Notes: generated by a model from the letters alone, not told the origin. 55,152 nt of DNA, filler included, from Basidiobolus ranarum (GCA_040143965.1; 4 parts of 4 records of this genome joined end to end with filler, not necessarily neighbours in it); one strand, 5' to 3'; positions 11,915-24,283 are shown, counted from the whole stretch's first letter. Made by a program: numbers and translations.

Positions 11915-13731
11915 ATGCAAAACAGTCATACCAGCGACCCCCACCATCATTTGCTACTCAACACTCCCAAGAAACGTCTATTCCGTTCTGACTTGGACAG
12001 TGAACCCTATACCAATGGTGTCACAGGTTCAACTATCCATGAAAATACTTTTGACTGGGGTGGCAATCTCCAAGAGAATTTGTTAGAGCCAAATTCAAGC
12101 AAACGTTTTCGACGTAGTTCATACTCTGATTCTGTGGGGCTTTCCGACTCACAAGAAACTGTTGACAAACCTCTTAGAAGTAAATGGACCTCCGAAGAGT
12201 CTAAATCGTTGATAAAAGGGTGTTATGAGGTATGTTTACTATATTTCAATTTTTCACACAACATTGAGCTTAATTCCTAACTTTATGTCTTAAAAAAGTA
12301 TGGTGTAGGTGCTTGGAAAAGAATTCTCGTTGACCCTAAATATACCTTTCATGGTCGAACTGCCGTCGACCTTAAAGATAGGTATGTATTACTTTTTAAG
12401 CGAACCATACTCAATAATTACAGAGTCTCATTTGTCTATCAGATTTAGAACCATATTTCCTCGACAATACAACCTCCTGTATTCGACAAAGACTGATTCG
12501 ACCGCAGAAACGTCTCCTTTGGCTTCAGACTTTCGCCGAGTCAGTCGTAGACCTCGTAAGAAATTTACTGAAGAAGATGATTGCAACTTGCTTCTAGGTG
12601 TAAAGAAACATGGATGTTCTTGGAGTAAAATTGCTCAAGATGAAGAATTAAATCTATGTGATCGTCATAGCATGGATCTTCGTGACAGGTAACATCTTTA
12701 CTTAACAAGCTTTTAAGCATATTGATATCTCTTTTTAACATCGCCTGTATATTTGCTATTATAAAAGATTCCGTATTGCTTTTCCTGAAGCCTACGAACG
12801 TTTTGGCTACGCTCCCAAGAGCGCTCAGCCATCACCAAGATCAGGCTCAAGAGTTAGACGGAATGAGTATTGTGCAGAGTTAGTGAGAGAAGAATCTAGA
12901 GAAATTGGTAATCTGTACAACTCGCTGTCTCCTGTGTCAGAAGAGCCATCCCAGACGCTAGTAAGAGATTCTCCGAACAATTTAAAGGAAGCAGCGAATA
13001 GCATGGAAAATAGAAATTGTAGTAAAGAATTGCGCAGCACCCCGAATGATGAATATCAAAACGTGAGAGCTAATTACAGAGTAATAGAGTCTACTCCCGA
13101 TGGCGAACTTAATGAAACGTACTCAAACAAAGGGATACTGTTCAATAGTCGTACGGAAATCATGCACAGTACACCGATGTCTGGTGCTAGATTGAGTCGG
13201 CATTCTCCAGCACACTCCCCTGAGAATTCCTCGTATGATACGAGCAATGAGTCCTCTTCAAGTATCCCAACTACGACAGTCAAACACACTGAAACACCGT
13301 CCCATGCAAGTACCTCATCAAACCACGCTAGAACCCGGTATTCTCCTGTAAAGAGAACGATTCCTGTTGAACCTATAGCGAATGACACTCTTACTCGCAC
13401 TATAAAGTTTATAAATGCCTCCAAAGCTGATGCCATCAATGTGAGCTCGGATCGTCAAGGAATCCGGTATTCACCCGTTAGAAAAATCCCGCAGCAGAGC
13501 AAATCCTATCGACTCGGTGGAAATTCTCCAACTACATCAACCAATGAGCTTCCCTCCGCTCAACATTTGCAAGTTAGAGAAAATTCACAGCTGATGGATC
13601 TTTCCTCTGATCGCACGAACAAGAACATCCGCTTGAATGAAGATGGGTTTGAGAACGAAAACAATACTACTAATAGCATGTCAATTAGTTCTACCAAAGT
13701 CAATCGAACAACCAAAACAGCAACTGCACCA
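11915..13731 (+). CDS. Tandem telobox-type Myb/SANT protein (Teb1/Mug152/Tay1-like telomeric-repeat-binding factor); 3' end truncated by the contig end
   Basis: Myb1: RSKWTSEESKSLIKGCYE|YGVGAWKRIL...FHGRTAVDLKDR|FRT. Myb2: RKKFTEEDDCNLLLGVKKHGCSWSKIA...DRHSMDLRDR|FRIAFPE.YERFGY. These are followed by an S/T/N-rich tail that runs into the N spacer. Confidence 0.8.
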
Positions 13732-13831
13732 NNNNNNNNNNNNNNNNNNNNNNNNNNNNNNNNNNNNNNNNNNNNTTAATTAATTAANNNNNNNNNNNNN
13801 NNNNNNNNNNNNNNNNNNNNNNNNNNNNNNN
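13732..13831. other. Artificial 100-bp contig spacer (N run with a TTAATTAATTAA six-frame stop linker)
   Basis: 44 N + TTAATTAATTAA + 44 N, seen directly. Confidence 0.97.
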
Positions 13832-14099
13832 ATCTAATCAACTAAGTTTTTGCGCTTTAATATTTCTTACTTTGTAATGTAATTGTGTTTGGAGTTTTTT
13901 TTTCATTTTAAAGAGTAGAATAGATTGAACATGACTAGAAGGTGTAAGATAATATTTGTAATGGTTATGATTTTTCTCGTCTTATCAAACAAACTTTTTA
14001 TCAAGTTGACCACTCGCATTACGTACAAATAAAAGCTAGTTTGGTAAGATACTTGAGATGAATATTACCTTGTTTTAGAGGTCTTCCGGTTTCTAAGCT

Positions 14100-16950
14100 T
14101 CCTGCAGAAAATTTGCGGCTAGATGACCAATCCAACTATTTCAAGGACAATGAGGTTTCTTCTTCCTAACCCTTTTGAAAACAGTAGCTCAACTCATTTA
14201 GGACAATAGGCATTACATGTATCGAGCAATTTGGGCTGAAAGATAATGATGGTCTGGCCCAAGTGTTAAATTTTAACAGCGTTCAACAAGAAATGAATCG
14301 AATTCAACAATCAATACAATTTGCATAGGCAAATACTTAGTCTTGTATACTTCGTTTCTACAAAATATAACCCATACCACTAGTTGATTTCATATACATG
14401 TTAAAGGCATCGTGCCCACTGCGAAGATCCTCAAACTCTTGAGTTACTTCAAAGAGTTCTCCATAAATGAAAAGAGTATCCTAACGATAAATGCTGACTG
14501 TCTAAACAATTATGAGCAGCAGAGTCTCTGAGAATATCCTGATTGGTGGTTTCAATCCGTTTACATTAAGTTTTGAATATCAGATGGATCCATCTTTGTA
14601 CACTGGCCACTCATATGGTGTATACAGAAAGCTGAGACATGAAAAACACCTGTTGAAATTAAGATTACTAATGCCTTTGGCTTTGCATTGGTTTCAAGGC
14701 CTGTAATGGTACTGTTTGTTACGCAGGATCTCTACGATTCCCTATTATGATAACCGTGTTAAGTAAGCGTCTATTCAGTTCTTACTGCGCAATTCTGAGT
14801 GTTCCCAGGGATGTTCTATTGACAATGCCGCCCGCCTTGGGAATCAGTTGACACATAACTGGGCTTGGTTTGAAGTATGAAGGCGCTTTATTGTGCCTCC
14901 GTTTTAACCCACCCAAGATGTGGTTGAACCCACACATTAATAGCACTGATCGGAATGTCTCATATGCATATCCCATTCCTGGTCGTTTCAGTTTCACTTC
15001 CATCCCATTCCCATCTCCTGAAGACAATTCTGGATTTTTGAAACTAGAAATTAAAGGTGTGATCCCATTCAGCCACTAACTCAAGTGTTCCGACAAAATC
15101 GTGCGCGATGGTTCTTGATTCTATTATTGTTATTATTGCTGCATATCTTGGTTGCAAATGGGAATACTTGTCTCATTGATATGATGAGGATCTGTGAATG
15201 GCAACCTAATGAATCAAAGGAATGAAGAGATCTCTTCGGATACTCTTTTGGTAGATTTCGATGCAGCACACGTAGTTGCTGGTCATTTTTCTCACGATCA
15301 TCAACAATCTGGGTGTACTCTGGTTTTTGAGAGGAGCCTCTTCAGAGAACATACCGAGTGTGACTTCTTAACCAAAGTCTTTGTGGATCGTTCCAACCAT
15401 CGCACTCCACGACGTTTCTTGAATTCAAGCACGATGATCTTGTCGCCATTCAGCATAGCACCTACGTTTGCATTGTTCCATAGATGAAGACCAAGTACTT
15501 GATGGCAATGTGGGAAAAGTAAGCAATCCCTTCAAGTTTTTACCAGAAATCAAATAAGAGTCCATCTCACAGCATTGTATGATGTAACTTGCCGGAAGCA
15601 GGAAATCAGTGACAGCTAGGTGTCCTCCTGTGACCTCCATGGCTTGTATTTCAACAAAGTCTTCCTAATTAAAGTGGACATCACCACAGAAGACGATGGC
15701 CGTGAGAAACCACCCTCCAATGCATTTTCCAAACTTGTTTCACCAATTCTAATCCGCTTGAAGATCAGGCCACTTTTTTGGGTATGACAAAGCAGAACAC
15801 CCATGACACGTATATATCCAACCAATATTATAAATCCACACCAAGTGAGAATTAAGCATGGATCCAATGTTTACTTGTTACATCTGCTCAACCAGGGTCT
15901 ATCATACTGACAGGTAAAGGGGATGGATAAAGATGAAATCCTTCGCCGTCTTTATTGGACAGCGGGACTGGATAAAGTTTATTCCATTTAGAATTGGGTA
16001 ACCTCCGACAAGGACAGCTTCCGACTTGAATAACCCCAGTACATATGCCTCTGAAGCCCATATGATTGTGTATGAGGAGCATCGTTGAGGGCCATAATAA
16101 AGTTGCAAATCAAAAGATCGATACATTCTGACAAGAACAAAAGCCATTCGTTCGAACAGAACCAGTGTTGAATACTCATCTAACCACCAATTAAAGCGAA
16201 TCTCAAGTAGATCGGTTTGAATCGACTTTCCATTCATAACACGGGCGATCTGAAATGTACCCTGGTCACATGCCGTGATCAATGAGCCCTCATGGATCCC
16301 GAATCCCTCTTTTTGACCAAATATAGAACTCATTTAGCTAGTCTGAGGCTGAGCTTTCACGTCCTAGATTCCGATAACACCCAAGTCACGGAAGATGCTT
16401 GACAATTCAGAAAACACATTGACGAACGTTTTCTTCTTCGTGCAACATCTCAGTCTTATGACCAGTTTTCTTTCCCAGGAACAATAAAGACATATACATC
16501 ACACCTCGCTTGCCATCTATGCCTAAGATGACGTTGTGGGCGAGCGATGGATGTTTTCGTTTAGTGCAAGGTATGTATAATATGAGCCAGCTACGTGACT
16601 ACTGGCACTAGATATAGAAAGCAATCATAGATATGGAAACACTTTTGCCTATCACAAGCTGACAAACCTGCAGCAAATGTCACCCATTTTTGGCAACTCA
16701 ATCTCATCGGTGATGGTATGAAGTATCGGGGAGGGACGTAGGAAAACAAGAATGGTGGCCCTGATGGATGGATCTCTGGTACTGTTCCGAATGTCATTGC
16801 AAGCCTCTTCTCGACAGAAAGAAATTAGGCTGCCCAATCTGCTTGTTAGCCCTGGAAGAACGCTTGGACTAATACAGCAATCGTGAGACTCAAGTCGGCA
16901 TTGCAGTTGGGTAGCCTCCACGTGTTTAAACCATTCACAGGAGTTATTAT
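14100..16950 (-). mobile_element. Highly degraded non-LTR (LINE-like) retrotransposon relic
   Basis: Fragmented minus-strand frames carry RT-like remnants in the expected order: YIRVMGVL..K..IFKRIR (cf. YRPISLL..K.IL..RL), GGF, LAVTDF..SYNAVRW (cf. DF.KAYD.V.W), MLNG...RRGVR (cf. RGVRQG), IVDD. There are many stops and frameshifts. Confidence 0.35.
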
Positions 16951-17149
16951 ATTGTCTTTATTACTACTTTTAGCCTGCTCATCACCTGCAAAGGTACAAC
17001 TACGTAACTTTAATTGAATATCACACCCACTAACCCACTGACTGATGGTTCACCAAGCCGCAATCCAACGATCGTTACTCAAGTTCTTGAGCTAATAATA
17101 TGGATGGATTGCTAGGTTGACGGAAACAGGAATTAGCCGTGAATGGATT

Positions 17150-17188
17150 ATGACTCACAATGCGTCACCCAGTATCAGTATGAGTCAT
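17150..17188. promoter_or_regulatory. Cluster of Gcn4/AP-1 (CPRE) sites upstream of the GCN4-like gene
   Basis: ATGACTCAC (17150), TGCGTCA (17161) and a perfect ATGAGTCAT (17180) lie within 40 bp. Confidence 0.6.
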
Positions 17189-17914
17189 CGACAATATAGT
17201 GAGCATATAGTAAAGATTTGCAATAAAAACATTCGATTTGTCAAATGATGATAAGATCCAAGATCACAGTGATACTATTGGATACTCGGTTTAGACTAAT
17301 GGGGTTCAGGAGCAATGAAGGCGGAAACTGTGGTGCTGAATGACCCTGTCGTTAGTGTAGAAAAGTCCTACTTGACCCCATCACCCTTACACTCCATTCG
17401 AACAGCGTTAGAGTAGCCATCACCTACACCTAACAACATAGAGGCTTCCAAAGAAAAAGAAAACTCTGGCACGGAGCGAATTTTAATTGTGCTCCTAGGT
17501 ATTCGCACTCGTCACCGATACCTACTCTACTCTTCAGATGGTGCTCCGAAGCCGATAGACTGTTGGGCGTCACTGCGCTTGGCCCTTAGGCAATTGGCGA
17601 ATCATGATCTTCTAGATTATGATCCAGCATAGGATACTTGTGGATCGGAAGATATGAGCTGATATCATATCTCGTTTAGGCTCTGATAGCTTAGTACTAA
17701 TTAAGACCAGTCCAGGTTCTATTCGAAATTTGTACAGCAATCAATAGATTCTAATTCAGTGCTGGTATATTGTACTACAAAGTATATCTCTATTTCCATC
17801 AGATATAGAATAGCAGCAAATGATTTGTATATTATGGTACGCTTCAATAGTCATTAATTTAGCATTTTTCTTTTCTATAATAAACAGTATTTACTCAAAC
17901 GAGATTGGTGGTCA

Positions 17915-18227
17915 ATGTAGACCCCGCAATCAATCTATTAACCCCAAAATTTCACCATGCTAATATATTAAGACGCTTTCCTAATGCACAGCTCCTTTAT
18001 GCTTTGAAGTGGTCTTCCTTTGTCACTTGTCCTACTCTTGTTTAGTCTGGTCCATCCTGAACTAACGTTAACTAGTCCTCGTCCCAGGTTAACCTACATA
18101 TTATAGTCTACGTGGGCACCAGCAATATACTTTCGAACAGTCACACAGTACACTCGCTAAACTATCTCTAGTAAGCAGCTTTCTGCAGCAAGCTCGTGTT
18201 TTATTTCATATGTCATTTATTAGATAG
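17915..18227 (+). promoter_or_regulatory. Short upstream ORFs in the putative leader of the GCN4-like gene
   Basis: ATG-TAG 17915..17920; MLIY* 17957..17971 (ACCATG context); MHSSFML* 17984..18007; MSFIR* 18210..18227. TATA-like TATAATAAA at about 17876. Confidence 0.45.
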
Positions 18228-18305
18228 TTCTACAACTCCTTAGAATACACAATCCTATCCTTTCTTACGTTATTTGAAGTCCCTCATTCGAAAATTTATC
18301 ACACA

Positions 18306-18542
18306 ATGCCTCCAGCCACACCCTCCCAAATGGTCTTCCGTAAGCCCTCAGTAATTAAAAAAAAACCGAGACTTCCCCAGAGCAACCCCGACTTTAGCCC
18401 CCTCCACCAAGACTTCTCGGGAGTCCCTATGATACCTCCGAACTCGAGCCCGCTGTTTGATTCATGGGTAAGTGAGTTCCAAGCGAACCCTGAGGCACCT
18501 TCACCTATTGGTGATTTCAGTTTGCAATCACCAGTTCCCTGA
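18306..18542 (+). CDS. 78-codon ORF in frame with, and 18 nt upstream of, the bZIP ORF; either a long uORF or the first exon of the bZIP gene
   Basis: Good start context (ACAATG), protein-like composition with an SPLFDSW motif, and a perfect GTAAGT donor at 18468. It ends at TGA 18540-18542, in the same frame as ATG 18561. Confidence 0.55.
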   Translation: MPPATPSQMVFRKPSVIKKKPRLPQSNPDFSPLHQDFSGVPMIPPNSSPLFDSWVSEFQANPEAPSPIGDFSLQSPVP

Positions 18543-18560
18543 AATCTTCCAAACGGCGCT

Positions 18561-19166
18561 ATGAACGTACTAGATGCGCCTCTATTTGATCAGCACGTAT
18601 TGAATAGTCTCCAAAGTCCTTTGGGAATGGGTGCGCTCAGTTTTTTTCCTGATCTCCAATCGAACAATGGCGGGAACGCAGGAGCGTTGCTTCATCGTCA
18701 ACAACCCAACTCTCATGACATGATGCCTTTTATATCCAATCATTCTGGAAATCAACATTCTCCGATACATCATTCTAATTCCCAACCCTACTCCATAAAT
18801 ATAAAAACCGAGCCAAGAATGATATCCAACTCTCCAACATCGCCATCCTCCTCACCCCCATCCTCCAAACGGCGAGATAGCGGTGATACTTCTGGAGATG
18901 AACACGGATTGGATCCCATGGCATTAAAACGCAAAAAGAATACTGACGCCGCACGTCGTTCTCGTCTGCGTAAGGTACAGAAAATGGAAACTTTAGAGAA
19001 AAGGGTGTCTGACCTTGAAACCGACAATTCCAAACTACAGATGAAACTGGCGGTTTTAGAAAGCGAAAAAACTAACTCGCAATCGAAGGAGGTAGAGTAC
19101 TCGCTAAGGATCAAAAGTCTCGAAAATCAGCTCGCTGAGGCGCATCGTGCTCTAACTAGACGGTAG
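18561..19166 (+). CDS. GCN4: GCN4/CpcA-like bZIP transcription factor
   Basis: C-terminal basic region DPMALKRKKNTDAARRSRLRK followed by the zipper METLEKRVSDLETDNSKL. An APLFD motif resembles Gcn4-family activation-domain motifs. Confidence 0.8.
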   Translation: MNVLDAPLFDQHVLNSLQSPLGMGALSFFPDLQSNNGGNAGALLHRQQPNSHDMMPFISNHSGNQHSPIHHSNSQPYSINIKTEPRMISNSPTSPSSSPPSSKRRDSGDTSGDEHGLDPMALKRKKNTDAARRSRLRKVQKMETLEKRVSDLETDNSKLQMKLAVLESEKTNSQSKEVEYSLRIKSLENQLAEAHRALTRR

Positions 19167-20616
19167 AACACTTGTGTAATCTGCAATTCTCATATCAGAG
19201 ATGTAGCCAGTTGATTTTTACTTAGCAGAAATCAATCCTTTACATGAACGCGTTTATAGTCGATATTGGAACCACCCCGCAAATAGTCATGTTTAGTTCT
19301 TTAAACCTCCTATCTTACAGTTCTTATTTTCCCTATTTTATCACTAGATACAGTATGATATCAATCAAAACCAAAAAACCTTCAATTTTGGAAACCCTTA
19401 TGACGTGCTCATGTATCGTGAAGCACTCTTCATTTTGATTTTATGTTCACAATAGTTTGTTTTTTCTTTTACATATTTAGTTAGACCACACGCATTTTCT
19501 TTTTTCTGCTTGGTCATTTTTCATACGAGTCGCAAAGCCTCTCAAGACGGACATTTTTCTTTTATAAGCATCATTTTATTATTCTTAGCTAACAGACCTC
19601 ATTTTTTCGATTAATTTACTAATGAGAAATATATCAACACTGAACTGGTACTTCAAATGGTTAATTTATTTGCTTTTCCTATATTTTGTTTGACAAACTG
19701 ATGATGGCCATGATAACTTGCATAAGTACTTAACCAAGCTGGACAAATGAGATAGCGCTCCATTTCTACGAAGTTCATGGGATTGAGTACTACAAATTTA
19801 TCATTTAGCACTCAAGCGGTCACGGGTTCTATCTGGCAAACCTAGACGAACTGGAGTTGGAGCCCTAGTGTAGAAGCCCTCCAATGGCCAAGTGATTGGC
19901 CAAATCAAGTCCACAAAAAATGCCATGTTTCTCTGAACTACTTCTTGACTGGCATAATCAATAATATCCAGCATTTAAATTCAAGAATGCAATAAATTCC
20001 AGGTTTGTTCAGCCCATTTGCTGTTGGCAGAAAGAATATTCGTCTGGGACATGAAGCCCCCTTTCCTTCATCAATGTTTGGCTTATCATGCACCTGTCCT
20101 TACATAGGAGGTAACTGGAATCTCAATCTACCGATATCAATGGTTCTTGCCCATAAAGGTAAATTGAAATCTAAAAATACAACGAATTACCGAGATATCA
20201 GACACAATTGGTTTCGGTTTCTTACACAATCTGTTTATTATTTGACATCTCTATTCTTTGTCCTATTGTACTTGGATCTCCCCATATCATAGATACATTT
20301 GTGGTTGATGTATGAAATCATCCGTGATGTAAACCATAGAAAATCTCATGAATGATTGAATCTACTATTTTATATTAGCATGCATGTAACTTGTTTCTCT
20401 ATCTAACTTGTCACCTTCTAAACGCAATAAACCTTAATCTTTGTAATTCTAATCCTTTAACCTTTATAATCACCTTTACCTTAACTTTTGCTTTTAATTA
20501 AGTGTCCTTAACCATCGAATATCTTTTATAATAAACTTGACTTGGTTAGTTTGGTTTTATGGTATAATTCCTTCATCGAAGACTAACCCTCTATATTCAG
20601 AATATCTTCTTTTCAA

Positions 20617-23197
20617 ATGGGTTTCTGCCAGAGATGTGGAGAAATATCACAACGTCCCAAGTGTCTTCGTTGTTATGGAAAAATCGTTGGTAAGTTACAA
20701 TGTGTATTTTCTTCATCTTGCGTTGATTACTATTTAGATTAGTCGATCCAAATCTCCTTTGGATTTTTTCACAACCTTATTTTAACTCTCCTTTATATTA
20801 CTAGAATCAGCAACTAGCGGTCATTCAGATGCTGCTACACGCAAAGATCCTTGGGTTTCAAGGCTAGTTTTCTATCTGAGTTTATATTGCTGTTCAACTC
20901 TTCCTGACGCCTGATGTAGATATGTAGACATTGGTTTCAAAAAACCAACAGAAAAATCTTCTGTGAAACGTATGATCACTACCGATTTAACTCCCACCAC
21001 CCACTGTTTTACCTGTGGAATAGACTTGAGAGAGGTTTGTTCGTTTTCCCTTCCCGTTATAAACATGAAAGTAATGAATGGATGTACTAAGTTTGGTATT
21101 GTTTAGTATTCGGAGGATTTACTAAATCCCAGAAAATACGGACCTCAACAGTGTAATGAATGTTATCTACAGGAGTATGGAAAAGGCCAATGGTAAGTTT
21201 ATCAACACCCAGAGAGTTATTTGTATATATTCGAAACTATCTTTATAGCTCAACTAACCTGTATATCTTTCTAGTGAGGATTGTAATCAATTGGTATTGA
21301 GTACGGGTGGGCCTTTTGTTCGATACAAGAATAAAGTATGGCATAGGGTATGTAGCTCAATTGACACGATTCATCTTGCTATTCAATTGATAACTTTTTT
21401 TATCAAAGGACTGCTTAAAGTGTCGGCATTGTCATGTTTTAATTGAGGATCCTTTGGTTGATATGGCCGGACTTCCTTGTTGTAATGAATGCTTTGCAAA
21501 ATCAGGTCTAGAAATCAATTCGAAGCCAAGAAGCTTACATTCGGTGTCACCTCGATTATCCAGAGATATGACGAAAGCGAGTCCTATCCGTACAACTAAT
21601 TCCTTTGAAAAACCTACCGAATCAAGAGATCAAATTCACTCAGCATCTCGAGATAGTGTTTCTCATAGACATGCTAGTGATTCTTCAATTTCTGACTCGG
21701 CGAAGTTACCAAGGCCAAAGCCTGAAGCGTTATATCGTTTTATCAAAACCACCCCTAGCTCCTCACTTTCTAGCAACTCACAGAGGTCTTTAAATGTGTC
21801 ACCCTTTAAGCAGTCTACATCAAATAGATCATCTGTATTCGCTAATGTGGAGTCAGCCTCGAGTAATACGTCAAGATCATCAAGTGTATCACCCAGCTAC
21901 TCAAATGTACCTAGCGTTGCAGAGGTGGTTCCCAAGTCTTCAGAAAGTGAACAAAGAGCATCAGCTGGATTAACTACCAAACGATATATACCTAGTGAAC
22001 AATCCGCGTCTTTAGTGGTAGAAACGCCAAATGGTATTTCCCCATCTAGACCGGCTAACAGCCCATCCCGTATACCCAAGAGAGAATCGGGAGCTTCGTC
22101 AAAAGTGGCTGCGCTATTTGACATGAGAAAGCCAGAAGCGTATCCACCCGCATCTACGAGCATAAATCTGGCACACACTTTGTCACAGTCAATCCTTTTG
22201 AATAACAATAAGCTCGAGAGACCTACCACAAAGTCCGAAGCTATCCCAAAGAAAGATTACCCTGCCAAGCCAAAACATGAATTATATCCAGTCGATTCTA
22301 AACCGGTTAAACCTCAGCCAACTCGTACTCCAGTAGCTGAAGGTTCGATAGCATCGATTTGCTGTAAATGTAATGATACAATCCGAAACTCTTGGTATAG
22401 CTTACCTGATGGAGGTGCCATTCATCCTGAGTGTTTTGTTTGCCAAGGATGCAACGTTCAATTTGGCGATGCATCCTACACCAGTTTCAACGGAGAATTC
22501 TATCACAAAATGGTTAACTGCTTACTAGAACTTATTGCTTAATATGGATCCAATTACTAATACTATCTAACAATATACATGATTTAGTGTATCCCAGATT
22601 TGAAAGCTTCTAGAACGCCCAAAAAACCCGATTCGAAAATCAACTCTTCTCAATCGAAATCATACAACTGTCGTAAATGTTCGAAAGCCATCGGAGAGTC
22701 GTGGTTGAGCTTGTCAGACGGATCAAAGTATCATCCTTCATGCTTCACTTGCGCCCTATGCTACAAGGAATTCGATGATGGTACTTTCATTACCAAAGAT
22801 GAAGCTCCCTATCATTTACATGTAATACAATATCTCTACCTTCCAAATAGTATCAATGTTTAATCGATATTTGTATCTTCTCATCAGTGTATTCAACGTC
22901 CTCATTGCGAAGCGTGCAAAGAACATATCAATGGCCCATACGTTACTAGAGGATCATTAACATACCATTGTGGGGTACGTAGCTATACACACCAGAACCA
23001 TTCGTATTTGAAGACCTTCACTAATCATTGATTTTTAGTGTTTCCTCTGTGGCATCTGTAAAAAAGTGATCGGTGCCGAGATGCCTTTCGGCGAAATGAA
23101 CCAGATGGTTTGTTGCGAAGGTTGTCTTTTGTTGGATCTCAACTCTAGAACCAGAGAGCTTAACATACGTGGGGCTGCGGCTCCACTATACAACTAG
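20617..23197 (+). CDS. Multi-LIM-domain (paxillin-like) zinc-finger protein, about 9 exons
   Basis: N-terminal MGFCQRCGE..PKCLRC, then LIM modules C.DC...WH..CLKC.HC, CCKC...IHPECFVCQGC, CRKC...YHPSCFTCALC and CEAC...YH..CFLCGIC. An S/P-rich linker lies at 21500-22350 and the stop TAG at 23195-23197. Confidence 0.85.
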
Positions 23198-24283
23198 CAA
23201 CATGGTTGATGTTGGAACAGTCGGAGTCATCCGTGGTGCACTATTGTTAAGAGCGTGATATACCTTTGCTGGCCTAGCCTGTTTTCATTCCATATCTTTG
23301 ATAATGTGTTTCTACAACATCGGTGTGCAATTGGTTGGAGATCTATCCCTAAATTGTAAAGATATAATATTTAATTCACCTCATATTATACAACGCCCCT
23401 TGCTCTCCTCCCTAACCATCTTATGTGAAATCCATTCATTTTGAATATCATCTATTTCCTATGCTTCAATACTTCATTAATCGTGGATGGGACTCTTTAT
23501 GACTTTGTTTCTCAAAATTCCCTTTAATCTCGAGGTCGTGTAGACTCTTATTGCCTGTTGAAATCGACCCAACCGACATTACTGGGCCAATAAAACTGTT
23601 ACATCCATGAACTTAATAAGCATCACTGAGTGTCTAGATACTTTAGTTTCACTGAGGAGAATCCTGTTTGCTAGAAGGCAGCTTTCTCAAGGGCATTGCG
23701 TTGAAAGATCCAAACGAAATGACATGTGATATCAGGCATGTAAGAGATCGTCCGATCTATTTTCAACTTTAAGTCTGTGATAAGCAGTAGGGGAAGGCGA
23801 TCCTTTTCTTGGTTCTTGAAATGAATACAGCAGATTTCGGATTCCCCCTTGGGAATATCCAAAACCGATGACAGTATCTAGCGACATTTCGATTCATCAT
23901 CATTCATAATTAGTATGACTCCATTCGTTTATCCTTTGGCACAGACGGATAATATGTAGTAGTTAAGGGTCAGCACATTTTTACACTAAAACCTATGTCC
24001 GTTAACTTAGAGATACATTACGGAAAGATTTCGTTATTATTAGGCAAGCGGGTGCCTTGAAAGCCCGAGTCCATATATTAATCATGCATGCCGGATCATT
24101 TACTCCTACTTCAAGCGCTACATTAATTGTGTTAAACAGATCTATGCACAGGACTAGACGGTTAAGGCGTTCAATTATATACATAAAGGCATATGGGTGT
24201 CTTCTTGTGCACGAGTCAATACAAAAACCGTAGTGGTCTGAATTTTTCACCTCTCAAACTGTATAGCAATTAGATTTTCAATC

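Noticed and set aside
13732-13831. TTAATTAATTAA as a biological motif (PacI or piggyBac TTAA)
   Set aside because: It is identical in all three N spacers, so it is an assembly linker.
18540-18545. Selenocysteine or canonical TGA-CTA readthrough at the bZIP in-frame stop
   Set aside because: The context is TGA-AAT rather than TGA-CTA, and I see no SECIS or redox motif. Readthrough is kept only as a minor alternative.
18582-19114. Antisense ORFs over the bZIP (likewise 13074..13439, 21897..22229, 8954..9226, 34192..34401, 39480..39707)
   Set aside because: They are shadows of real genes on the opposite strand and have no motifs.
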